Numbered from the stretch's first letter, positions 19,148 through 28,399 are shown. The stretch is DNA of 64,000 bases from Candidatus Woesebacteria bacterium GW2011_GWA1_39_21 (GCA_000993685.1 LBWP01000006.1:5356-69355); one strand, 5' to 3'. Notes: generated by a model not told the origin, from the sequence alone. Numbers and translations: made by a program.

Positions 19148-20647
19148 ATGCCGCAAATTGTGGAGTTTTTAAAAAAACATTGGTTTTTGCTCTTATCCTT
19201 TTTATATTTTTTGACAAGGCTGTTTAATTTATTAACCTTGCCAATTTTTAACGATGAAGCCATATATATCGATTGGGCAAATAAAATGCGTTTTGGGTAT
19301 GTACCAACTTTCTATTCACTTTATGACGGTAAACCCCCCCTCCACTTTATTTTGATTTCACAAGCGTTAAAGGTCTTTGCTAACCCCTTGTTGGCGGGCA
19401 GGCTAGTCAGCGTTTTTATCGGATTTTCCACGTTAATTGTTTTGAAAAAAATCTCAGAAGCTGTTTTTGACAAGAGAGAAGGCGTCTTTTTGGTGTGTGT
19501 TTTTTACATTCTTTCCCCAATTTATACATTTTTTGATCGGCAAGCATTGCAAGAGCCGGTCTTAACAACATTTCTTTTATGGAGCTTCTATTTTTTAATA
19601 AAGTATTCGCAAAAATTTAGAGTAAAAGACATCATCTTTTCGGCTTTGTTTTTAAACCTGGCCTTTTTTACAAAAGCATCAGCAGCATATTTGCTTGGAC
19701 CAATTTGTTTATATTTTATCTACAAATTTTTTGTTGATCCAAAAAATAGAAATAATATATTCCTTTCAGCGGTGTGTTATTTTTGTGTCTTTATTTGCTT
19801 ATTGGCACCTCTTATGCTTCAAGAGCAAGCACATCTGATTTTTACACGTAACGACCGCTATCTGCTTAGTCTGAATTTGCCACCAGCGGTGTTTCTAAAA
19901 ATTTTGATAGACAATCTTGTCAAAAGCTTCCATCTTTTCCTTTGGTATTTTAATGTTTACCTTTTATTTTTTGTTATTTCATTGGTAAGTTTCTTGCGGA
20001 AGGTAAGATCGAGTGAATTAAAAATCTTTTTTTTGTTTATGTTGCCGCTGATTATTATGATCTTTACTTCCAAAGAAATTAACGACAGATACATTGCCCC
20101 ATTTTCAATATTTTTGATATTTATTTGTGCGGCGGGATTTACGGCGGTCAATAACAGTCTGAGGATTTTCTTCTATTTCACCCTGATTGTTCCGGCATTA
20201 ATTACTTTTTTTCAAATCATAAACATCAACAGTTACATATCTTTGCTAAACAAAAGTTATCCCCACCTGGGGCTATCAATTTATCAGAATGGGTTTACAT
20301 CCGGATATGGCGTAACTCACGCAATAACTTATCTTCAAAGTCTTGAGAGTAGTCACCGGAAGCTGTACCTTGGCGTTCGCGTCGATGCCGGCAATCCCGA
20401 AAGTGCTGTCATGGCATATTTTCTCAAGGACAAAAAAGCAACGGTTGTGCCAATGTATTTTGATGCACGGTTAATCAAACTTCCACTTCCGGATGATTTT
20501 GTTGGTAACATCTACCCATTCTATTTTATCTCGAGAGATGATAATTTAGCCGGAATGGATAAATATTTGACACTTGTGAAAAAGTTTTTCAAACCTGATG
20601 GAGTATCGTTTGTCGGAATCTATAAATATCAAAAATCCAAAAGTTAA
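19148..20647 (+). CDS. ArnT/PMT-like GT-C membrane glycosyltransferase (GT39/GT83-type)
   Basis: LPIFNDEAIYIDWANKM...DGKPPLHFIL matches the DE-x-x-Y-A ... KPPL loop-1 signature. I take the ATG at 19148, just after the stop of the upstream GT2, rather than the overlapping track ORF start at 18944. Confidence 0.65.
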   Translation: MPQIVEFLKKHWFLLLSFLYFLTRLFNLLTLPIFNDEAIYIDWANKMRFGYVPTFYSLYDGKPPLHFILISQALKVFANPLLAGRLVSVFIGFSTLIVLKKISEAVFDKREGVFLVCVFYILSPIYTFFDRQALQEPVLTTFLLWSFYFLIKYSQKFRVKDIIFSALFLNLAFFTKASAAYLLGPICLYFIYKFFVDPKNRNNIFLSAVCYFCVFICLLAPLMLQEQAHLIFTRNDRYLLSLNLPPAVFLKILIDNLVKSFHLFLWYFNVYLLFFVISLVSFLRKVRSSELKIFFLFMLPLIIMIFTSKEINDRYIAPFSIFLIFICAAGFTAVNNSLRIFFYFTLIVPALITFFQIININSYISLLNKSYPHLGLSIYQNGFTSGYGVTHAITYLQSLESSHRKLYLGVRVDAGNPESAVMAYFLKDKKATVVPMYFDARLIKLPLPDDFVGNIYPFYFISRDDNLAGMDKYLTLVKKFFKPDGVSFVGIYKYQKSKS

Positions 20648-20649
20648 CT

Positions 20650-21911
20650 ATGATACCCACAAACTTAACTATTAAAAAAGCCTATGCATATGTAATTGTC
20701 GTCGCTTTTCTTTTGCTTTTCCCCTTTGGACAACTGCTGCGGATCAACTTAACAGCACTGGGTTTTAATTTTGGAATAGTTCCTGCCGACATCCTTGCGC
20801 TTTTCTCGCTTCCGTACTTGTTCTTGAATAATGACATCCTCCCCGCCTTAAAAGGCGGGGTTTCCCCAAGGAGGATGACATATAAGCAAAGCTTAACTCT
20901 GTTTGCACATTTTCAGAGTTCAATTCATCTTATCTAAAAAGAATCATCTTTTTCTTTATTGCAAGTTGGGTTTTTTCATTGATTGTTTTTCGAACCACGG
21001 CAATCGTTTACGGTTTAATGTATTTAATCCGGCTGGTATCGTATATCTCGTTTGCATTTCTTGTCAACTATCTATGCGCTTCTGAAAGGATTAAAAAAAA
21101 TATTTTGAACCTGACCTTGGTTGTGCTTGGTTTTTTTATGCTTCTTGGAGCATGTCAGTTTATTTTTTATTATGATTTGCGTGATTTATACTTTAGCGGT
21201 TGGGACGACCACTACTATCGATTTGTCTCAACAACCCTAGATCCGGGTTACGCTGCAGTTGTTTTAAATATCGGGCTGGTTTTGGTTTTAGCAAAAAATC
21301 TTATTAAATCACGATACGTAAAGATACTTTTCACAGTTTTATTTGTTACCGCAGTCATCCTGACTTTTTCCCGAGCAGGGTATCTGACTCTTTTGGCGCT
21401 TCTTTTGTACAGATTTAAAAAACACTTTAAAAAAATTCTCTTGGTAGCCGTCGTCGTTGTTATATTTTTACTGATAGTTCCGAAACCGAGGAGTGCGGGT
21501 GTCGAGTTGTTAAGAACGTTTAGTATCAGCTCAAGAGTTGATGATTACAAAAAAACCGCAGAAATATTCTTTAAACACCCTCTTTTCGGCGTTGGATATA
21601 ATAATTTGTGTTTATTCCGCGTGATTAATGGTGAAAACAATATCGCTTCGCATTCCTGTTCGGGAAGTGACTCGTCACTTCTGACGATTTTGGCAACGAC
21701 CGGCGTGGTCGGATCAATGATCTTTTTCATATCTTTTTACAAAATCATAGGGCTTTTGCCAAAAGATGAGTATGGCCACATCGTGAAGATGGTTATTATG
21801 GTCTTGCTTGTAAGTTCGCTTTTTAATAACACGCTCTTTTTCAATTTTAATATGGGGCTTTTCGCGCTATTTTTCGGACTTTCGAGGAAAACCTCTACTC
21901 TTGAAAATTAA
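20650..21911 (+). pseudogene. Wzy/WaaL-like O-antigen ligase/polymerase family gene split into 95-aa and 310-aa ORFs by a 95-nt palindromic insertion
   Basis: Both parts are polytopic. The C-terminal part has the Wzy_C-type motif FSRAGYLTLLALLL. Removing nt 20830-20924 joins the two ORFs in frame with no intervening stop. Confidence 0.55.
20830..20924 (+). mobile_element. 95-nt miniature palindromic repeat element (MITE-like), copy A, inside the Wzy-like gene
   Basis: A 57-nt block and a 37-nt block are identical to the reverse complement of 30259-30376. Contains nested hairpins (ccccgcc ttaaaa ggcgggg, flanked by atgacatcctcc / ggaggatgacat). Confidence 0.6.
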
Positions 21912-22605
21912 CCGTTAGTTGTTTTGTCGCTTCGTTACCTGCCTTGTCTTTAGCCACGAGGGTGATTGTATTTGCGCCTGGCTGCAAATTGTATTTGTAG
22001 CCGAAGGTGTCATCGTCAGAGACGAGGACGTACTTGTCATTTATTTTAAGTTCAACATCACTATCGCTTGTACCCTTAATTTCAACTAAACGATTTTTAT
22101 CTCCGTAAACTGTGGAGTTGTCTTGCGGTTGGTTCACTGTTAAATTTGGATTGTCCTTGTCTAAAACAATTTGGTACTGTTTTGTATGGACACTTTCATT
22201 TCCTGCAGAATCAGTTGAAAAAAGAAAGAAACTGTTGATGCCGCTAACAAGCTTCGCCTTAAAAATATATGACCCGTCGGAATCAGCAACCTGTTCGTAA
22301 GTGTCCCTGTTTAAAGAAAGAGTAACCGCTGATGCGGCCTCTGCAGAACCTTTAACTTCAATGTTATCCTTATTTGTGTAGTCGGGAATGTCATTAACAA
22401 GGGGAATGTTCGGAGGGATTTTATCTTCAGATTTGCTGATAGTATCGGAATTTTTTAAGTTTCCGATAAAGTTGATGACGTAAACAAGTGCTTTGGCGCC
22501 GGCAAAAAAGATTACAACCGCGGAAAAGATTGTAAAAAGCAGATAGCGAATCGATTTGTTTCGATTCGACTGGGTCTGTTTTTTTTGTCTAAGCGAATAA
22601 TACAT
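21895..22605 (-). CDS. membrane-anchored surface protein with tandem bacterial Ig-like domains
   Basis: N-terminal TM helix; two roughly 80-aa repeats with a beta-rich pattern (e.g. KGSAEAASAVTLSLN..., KGTSDSDVELKIN...ITLVAKDKAGNE). Confidence 0.45.
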   Translation of the reverse strand: MYYSLRQKKQTQSNRNKSIRYLLFTIFSAVVIFFAGAKALVYVINFIGNLKNSDTISKSEDKIPPNIPLVNDIPDYTNKDNIEVKGSAEAASAVTLSLNRDTYEQVADSDGSYIFKAKLVSGINSFFLFSTDSAGNESVHTKQYQIVLDKDNPNLTVNQPQDNSTVYGDKNRLVEIKGTSDSDVELKINDKYVLVSDDDTFGYKYNLQPGANTITLVAKDKAGNEATKQLTVNFQE

Positions 22606-22614
22606 AATCTTCGG

Positions 22615-22686
22615 AGCCGATGAGGGGACTTGAACCTCTAACCTTTCCCTTACGAAGGGATTGCTCTACCGTTGAGCTACATCGGC
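22615..22686 (-). tRNA. tRNA-Thr (anticodon CGT)
   Basis: Hand-folded cloverleaf: 7-bp acceptor, GG-containing D-loop, anticodon loop TTCGTAA, T-loop TTCAAGT. One A-C mismatch in the T-stem; CCA not encoded. Confidence 0.7.
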
Positions 22687-22696
22687 AAAGTTGATT

Positions 22697-22798
22697 ATTG
22701 AATTCATCTGCGAAATCCACGGACTTTAGTCCGAGGGTGAAGCAAGAATCCAATCTCGTCGACAAAATACCATGGGCTTTAGCCCGTGGTAGTTTATT
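22697..22798 (+). repeat. 102-nt dispersed repeat, copy 1 (direct-orientation partner at 30374-30475)
   Basis: About 90% identity to 30374-30475 over about 100 nt. Contains the hairpin ccacggacttt agtccg. Confidence 0.6.
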
Positions 22799-22839
22799 AT
22801 AAAAAGATAGAACCGATATATTATAACAAAAAGGAGAAC

Positions 22840-23076
22840 CTATTTTCCGAAGTAGCCGGCTCCAGATAGGCAGTCATTGAGGTTTTGATCGAATGCACTT
22901 TCTTCATTAACCATAACTATTTCTTTATTCTGAATGATGTTTGATGTTTTTTCAGCGATGTCGGCACACGAGGCGTAAATTATTTGAGGTCGGTAATTAT
23001 TCCAAACTCCGAGTCCAAGAATAAGCGAAACGGTAATGAAGACTGTCAAATAGATTTTGCCCTTGATATTTTCCAC
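22840..23076 (-). CDS. hypothetical small membrane-anchored protein
   Basis: N-terminal TM helix; 78 aa. Confidence 0.3.
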   Translation of the reverse strand: MENIKGKIYLTVFITVSLILGLGVWNNYRPQIIYASCADIAEKTSNIIQNKEIVMVNEESAFDQNLNDCLSGAGYFGK

Positions 23077-23165
23077 AATTTGATTATTAACATTAAAGAG
23101 GAATTTGTCAATTATTGACTATTCTTATCTAAAAGGCGGCTGATCATCTTGGCTGCAGAGCCGAT

Positions 23166-23330
23166 TTATTTAGACTCAGCGCCTTTTGGAATCTCTATAT
23201 TAATCCAAATGTCATCCATTTCACACCAATAAGCACTTCTTTTATACTCTTTCTTTGGTTTCACCTTAAAGTTAAAACTTGAATCTTCCCTTTTTAAAAT
23301 CATTTGTTTTTTGCATTTAGGACATTCCAT
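23166..23330 (-). CDS. hypothetical zinc-ribbon small protein (54 aa)
   Basis: Manually translated: MECPKCKKQMILKRED...YWCEMDD, with a CPKC...WC metal-binding-like pattern. Not in the ORF track because it is under 60 aa. Confidence 0.3.
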   Translation of the reverse strand: MECPKCKKQMILKREDSSFNFKVKPKKEYKRSAYWCEMDDIWINIEIPKGAESK

Positions 23331-23636
23331 GTTCTCAATTATAAATCTTTTGTAACTAAGTTACTTTGTTACTTCTGGAGCTGGTGACCGTAATTGGCTC
23401 GGACCTATTTGATCTTGACGACAATATCAAACAGTATTTTCAAGATTCAAATATGCCACTAATCACAGCGATTGAAATTGGTCTTCGCTATTACATCACT
23501 AGTGATCTTATTTTACAGCTTAATGTTTTTAAAGACTATCTTGAGACTGTGAATTCCTGTCTGTTTCAGGAAGTTTTTGGTAAACCTAGGAAATATTTTC
23601 ACTAAAAGTCTTTTTGTTATAAAATAAGATCAAATC

Positions 23637-24395
23637 ATGAAAGCTAAGTTTATATGTCTTAACCTTTGGGGTGGCGGGATACTTATCGACAATATTTTAG
23701 ATTTTCTTTCTATTGAAAAACCAGATATCCTAGCGGTTCAAGAAGTTTACAAAGAAGCCGATTCTTCAAAAAACATCAAAATATATAATTCTCTTGACTT
23801 AATAATCAATAATTCTGGACTCAAATATTTATCGTTTGCACCAACCTACAAAACTCTAAAGACTAGTGTAATTGTTGAACACGGAAATGCCGTCTTTAGT
23901 AGATTTCCAATAATTTCGACAGATGCCACTTTTTATGATTTACCCTACGACGGGAATTTTAAGGAACCAGAAAAAGATTTTTCTTCTTGTCCACGTAATC
24001 TCCAACACGTTGTGGTTCGAATAAATGAACGGATTATCAACATTTTTAACACTCATGGAATATGGGGATTTGACGATGAAGATACTGAACGGAGACTAAA
24101 TATGAGCAATAAAATACTAGAAAAGACGAAAGACTTTAAAAATGTAATCTTGGCTGGAGATTTTAATATTGATATGAAAAGTCAAACCATAAAAAATATT
24201 GAAAAGAATCTAAATAACCTTTTTTTAAAAGAATTTGAATCTTCTTTTAATCTCAAATACAAGAATGGCGCCATTTTTTCAAAGCTAGCCGTAGATACCG
24301 TTTTTGTAAGCCACGACATCAATATTATAGAAAAACGTAGTTCTAAGGCCGACGTTTCAGACCATTTACCGTTAATCATGACGTTTGAAATCTAA
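23637..24395 (+). CDS. endonuclease/exonuclease/phosphatase (EEP) family protein
   Basis: ILAVQEV..., GDFNI..., SDHLPL motifs typical of the EEP fold. Confidence 0.75.
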   Translation: MKAKFICLNLWGGGILIDNILDFLSIEKPDILAVQEVYKEADSSKNIKIYNSLDLIINNSGLKYLSFAPTYKTLKTSVIVEHGNAVFSRFPIISTDATFYDLPYDGNFKEPEKDFSSCPRNLQHVVVRINERIINIFNTHGIWGFDDEDTERRLNMSNKILEKTKDFKNVILAGDFNIDMKSQTIKNIEKNLNNLFLKEFESSFNLKYKNGAIFSKLAVDTVFVSHDINIIEKRSSKADVSDHLPLIMTFEI

Positions 24396-24530
24396 TCGAT
24401 AGCTCCGACTCCGCTTACCGTATGATTTTCCCAAGGCAAAAGTAAAAACGTTAAAAACATTGGCTAGAACTCGGGAATGACTTTATTTCTTGAGGAAAAT
24501 TGGGGTAAACACAAAACCATTTCGCTATTG

Positions 24531-24601
24531 AGCGGGATACGGGAGTTGAACCCGTTTCTCTACCTTGGGAAGGTAGCATTAAGCCGATTAACTAATCCCG
24601 C
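24531..24601 (-). tRNA. tRNA-Gly (anticodon CCC)
   Basis: Hand-folded: acceptor GCGGGAT/ATCCCGC, anticodon arm CTACC-TTCCCAA-GGTAG, T-arm ACGGG-TTCAACT-CCCGT. Confidence 0.7.
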
Positions 24602-24669
24602 GTATTATAACGCGTAAACAATTTAACTAACCAAAAGTATTTTAGCAAATTTTTTGAAAGTATTTAAAT

Positions 24670-25311
24670 TTAGCGGGGAATGATAAAGATGTTACCGGAG
24701 TGAATGAGGCTTGGATTTTGAAGATTATTTGCACTGGCAATCTCTGTCCATTTGAACCCATCACCGTATGCTCTGACCGAAATATTCCATAAAGAATCAC
24801 CTTTGGTAACTGTGTAGGTTTCACCTGTAATTGTTTGTGTCTCGGGTGTCATTATTTGGCTTGGAGTAGGTGATACAAACATTTCCCGAGCTGGCGTAAC
24901 TGTAGCTGTTGGAGTTTCCGTTATCGCAAGTGTCGCTTGGGGAGTTACTTTTTCCATTGCTTCCGTTGGAACTTGTGAAATTACCGGAGGAATTTTTATT
25001 TCTTGTCCGACTTCGATGTCATAAGGGGCTGTTAGATTATTTGCATCGGCAATTCTTTTCCAATCATAACCAGATCCCAACTGGCTTTCAGCAATTTTCC
25101 AAAGGTCGTCGCCTTTTTGGACTGAATACATTTGTCCTTCTGAAGTTGTTTCTTGTTCGGTTCCAATTGAGGGAATTGTTTCGCCCTCGTTTCCGCTATT
25201 ATAATTTTTTACGATAAAGAAGCCGACGATGAGGATAACGATCACGCCGAGAAGCATACTGACGTTCGATTCATTTTTCTTGAAATATTTTAAAACTTTT
25301 TTAAGATTCAT
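24670..25311 (-). CDS. membrane-anchored protein with two LysM peptidoglycan-binding domains
   Basis: YSVQKGDDLWKIAE...WKRIADANNL and YTVTKGDSLWNISV...WTEIASANNL; N-terminal TM helix. Confidence 0.8.
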   Translation of the reverse strand: MNLKKVLKYFKKNESNVSMLLGVIVILIVGFFIVKNYNSGNEGETIPSIGTEQETTSEGQMYSVQKGDDLWKIAESQLGSGYDWKRIADANNLTAPYDIEVGQEIKIPPVISQVPTEAMEKVTPQATLAITETPTATVTPAREMFVSPTPSQIMTPETQTITGETYTVTKGDSLWNISVRAYGDGFKWTEIASANNLQNPSLIHSGNIFIIPR

Positions 25312-25543
25312 TTGTGCGACCTATATTAATTTTATATAAATGCATCTATTAAACGCAAAGACTAATGCGAATTTATACTATGAGGATAAATTTGTCAAGA
25401 TCGTCTATCATTAATAGTTAATTTTATATATCGCTATTGTTGAGTGATAACTTTTTTTATATAATATTGACGTTCAAACTAATTGTATGGGGTCATAACA
25501 ACCTTGATTTCATCAAGAATGTTGTGTTCCCAAAATAAATTTT

Positions 25544-25617
25544 GGGGTCATAGCTCAACTGGCTAGAGCGCTTCCCTGTCACGGAAGAGGTTGCGGGTTC
25601 GAGTCCCGTTGACCCCG
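25544..25617 (+). tRNA. tRNA-Asp (anticodon GTC)
   Basis: Hand-folded: acceptor GGGGTCA/TGACCCC, D-arm GCTC-AACTGGCTA-GAGC, anticodon arm CTTCC-CTGTCAC-GGAAG, T-arm GCGGG-TTCGAGT-CCCGT. Confidence 0.8.
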
Positions 25618-25695
25618 CAAATAAGTTCAAATTGGATAAAATAATAGAGTTCTTCCTTAATTTTTAACTTCACTTGATTATGTTAGAATATCCCT

Positions 25696-25899
25696 ATGGA
25701 AAAAGAATTTGAAGTAACAAGAACACATAAATATGGAGATAGCCTTCGGGAGGAGGTTGCAGTGGAATTTGTACTTAAGGGAAAAGATTTTCAAAAAGTT
25801 AAACAAGCAGTGCTAAAAGAGTTTAATTTGACTGATCCAGAAAAAGCTATGTTTCAAGGAATACAAATGAAAGATGATAATCACAGTTTGGAAATGTAA
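25696..25899 (+). CDS. hypothetical protein; the ORF continues in frame for 62 more codons past its TAA stop (to 26088)
   Basis: See findings. 67-aa ORF, then TAA, then an open in-frame stretch SGETCDITGGARINVLL...KKS ending at TGA 26086-26088. Confidence 0.3.
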   Translation: MEKEFEVTRTHKYGDSLREEVAVEFVLKGKDFQKVKQAVLKEFNLTDPEKAMFQGIQMKDDNHSLEM

Positions 25900-26203
25900 A
25901 GTGGTGAAACTTGTGATATTACTGGTGGTGCTCGTATAAATGTTCTTTTACAACAAGATTTTAATGGAACTATAACAACAGTCATAACTCCAAATCATCA
26001 TATTTGGGACTCTTCAAGACCTGGGTTAGAAAATGTTTCAAGAGGAATTAGTTCAGCCTTGCAAGAGTTTATATCTAAAAAATCATGAATTATTTTCGCA
26101 ATTAGGGAAAACCTCCATTAACTTGATGAGTGAATTCAGAAAAAGTTCAAGATAAGACCCATCATCCCCGCCCACAACACACCTGGTTTGTCTCTCATTT
26201 AAT

Positions 26204-26563
26204 ATGCCTAAAGAACAAGTATTAGAACATAACGCTCAATATATTAGAGAATATTTTTCTGGTATAACAAATTTAAACGAGGCTGCCGGCGCTGTTATTG
26301 CAAATCTTAAGAGATTACGCAAGGTGAAGCATCGCGATGGCGGTCTAATGTACCCGAGGTTGGATTCGGATTTATTTTTCGATAACTTATGTAGATTATT
26401 TGTAGTTGTTAATCACGGGGGTGCTGAAACTATTCCTGAAGCAAATAAAAAAGGTTGTGTAAATAAAGGCGCCATATGTGAGGCGTGTGGTAATTTATAT
26501 TTCGTGGATGGAAAATTTCATTGTGATTTGGACCGACGTGATAGTCAATATTTTGTTGGATAG
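26204..26563 (+). CDS. hypothetical protein with C-terminal Cys cluster
   Basis: 119 aa; C-terminal CEACGNLYFVDGKFHCD, possibly a zinc-binding motif. Confidence 0.3.
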   Translation: MPKEQVLEHNAQYIREYFSGITNLNEAAGAVIANLKRLRKVKHRDGGLMYPRLDSDLFFDNLCRLFVVVNHGGAETIPEANKKGCVNKGAICEACGNLYFVDGKFHCDLDRRDSQYFVG

Positions 26564-26612
26564 TAAATTTTACTAGATATTTTTTTCAGTTTATCTTCAA
26601 TTTCTTGGTATA

Positions 26613-28340
26613 ATGTATTTATATGCTTCAGGAAAAAGCAGAATTATTGCTTACGAACGCGCAGCCGATGCGGTTGAACATCTTTCTTCTGAAGCTAAGG
26701 ATCTTTACGACGAGGGCAAGCTTGAAGATATTCCCGGAGTTGGGGCTTCGATCGCAGCCAATCTATCGGATATTTTTAAAACTGGTAAGTCTAAACATTT
26801 TGAAGCATTATTAAAAAGTGTTTCTCCTGCTGTTTTTGAACTTATCCCGCTTGAAGGAATTGGACCCAAACTAGCTTACAAATTGGTTAACGAACTTAAA
26901 ATCAAACCACCCGACGCGATATCCAAATTAAAAAAATTAGTCTTAAAAGGTGAGATTGCCAAACTTGAAGGCTTCGGTGAAGATTCGCAAGCAAGCATCT
27001 TGAAGGCAATAGACGATTACAAAGAAAGTGGTAACCGCCACTTATTAAATTATGCCGAAAGTGTGGCCAACCTGATCGTTGATTGGATGAAAAATGATGC
27101 TAGCGTTACGCGAGTCGACACCTTGGGCAGCCTGCGAAGAAAAGTTTCTACAATTGGCGATATTGATATTGCCTGTTGTACAAATGACGTCAGTAAAACA
27201 ATCGAACACTTCGTAAATTATCCCGATAAAAAGCGAGTATTAGACAGGGGAGACAAAAAAGCATCGATTATTATCCCTGGAAACATTCAGGTTGATCTGA
27301 TGGCTCAAAGGCCTAATGCCTACGGAGCGCTTTTACAGCATTTTACAGGTAGCAAGCATCACAACATCGCACTTCGTGAATATGCACGTACAAAGTCGAA
27401 AAGTTTATCTGAATACGGGATTAGAAATCTAAAAACAAAAAAACTGAAAAAATTAGCAAGTGAAGAAGAATTTTACCACAGCCTATCTCTTTCCTACATT
27501 CCACCGGAGCTTCGTGAAGATACCGGTGAAATCCAGGCAGCCGAATCGGATTTCAAAAACCAAACACCCGGGTTACCTAAACTAATTGGGCTCACCGATA
27601 TCAAAGGCGATTTACAAATCCACTCAAACTTTGACATTGAGACAAGTCATGACCTTGGGATATCCTCATATCGCGTAATCATTCAGAAAGCACAAGAGCT
27701 TGGTTATGAATATCTTGCTTTCACCGACCATAATCCAAGCAGATCGAAACACAGCGACAAGCAAATTATTGATTTAATAAAGCGAAAGAAAGAAAGTATT
27801 GAAAAGTTAAATTACTCATTAATGCATAACAACAAAAGAGTAATATCCGTATTCAACAGTTTGGAAGTTGATATCAAGTCAAATGGTGACTTGTCGATTC
27901 CGGAAGCAGCTTTTGATTGCCTCGATTTCGTGTTGGTATCGATCCATTCAGTTTTTCGATTATCGAAAGAGTTGATGACTAAACGAGTACTACAAGCTTT
28001 AAATCACCCTAAAGCGAAGATCTTTGCTCATCCCACGGGTAGAAAATTGAACGAAAGGGAAGGGGTAGAACTTGACTGGGACAAAATATTCGACTATGCA
28101 AAAGAAAATAACAAGTTTATTGAAATTAATGCAGATCCAATGCGTCTTGACCTTCCGGACTATCTTGTGAAAGACGCCGTGAAACGTGGAGTAATGTTAA
28201 CGATGGGAACTGATGCTCATCATGTTGACCACATGATCAACATGCGGTATGCGGTGTATGTTGCCAGACGCGGTTGGGCCCAAAAAGTTAATGTCCTTAA
28301 CACACGACCTTTTAAAGATGTCAAGATGTTGTTAATTTAA
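26613..28340 (+). CDS. DNA polymerase X family protein with C-terminal PHP phosphoesterase domain
   Basis: Pol-beta-like nucleotidyltransferase motif GSLRRKVSTIGDIDIAC; RIIAYERAA N-terminal helix-hairpin region; C-terminal PHP-like histidine motifs (HSNFD..., FTDHNP). Confidence 0.8.
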   Translation: MYLYASGKSRIIAYERAADAVEHLSSEAKDLYDEGKLEDIPGVGASIAANLSDIFKTGKSKHFEALLKSVSPAVFELIPLEGIGPKLAYKLVNELKIKPPDAISKLKKLVLKGEIAKLEGFGEDSQASILKAIDDYKESGNRHLLNYAESVANLIVDWMKNDASVTRVDTLGSLRRKVSTIGDIDIACCTNDVSKTIEHFVNYPDKKRVLDRGDKKASIIIPGNIQVDLMAQRPNAYGALLQHFTGSKHHNIALREYARTKSKSLSEYGIRNLKTKKLKKLASEEEFYHSLSLSYIPPELREDTGEIQAAESDFKNQTPGLPKLIGLTDIKGDLQIHSNFDIETSHDLGISSYRVIIQKAQELGYEYLAFTDHNPSRSKHSDKQIIDLIKRKKESIEKLNYSLMHNNKRVISVFNSLEVDIKSNGDLSIPEAAFDCLDFVLVSIHSVFRLSKELMTKRVLQALNHPKAKIFAHPTGRKLNEREGVELDWDKIFDYAKENNKFIEINADPMRLDLPDYLVKDAVKRGVMLTMGTDAHHVDHMINMRYAVYVARRGWAQKVNVLNTRPFKDVKMLLI

Positions 28341-28399
28341 GCTCTTTTGTATATGATTATTAACGTAAATATTTTTTTTCAGAACGGAGGTGAAAAGAT

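Noticed and set aside
22697-22798. The 102-nt repeat as a conserved structured small RNA.
   Set aside because: Comparing copies, the substitutions in the second hairpin are non-compensatory (G-to-A changes create A-C mismatches). That argues against selection for RNA structure, so I treat it as a DNA-level repeat. Expression data would be needed to say more.
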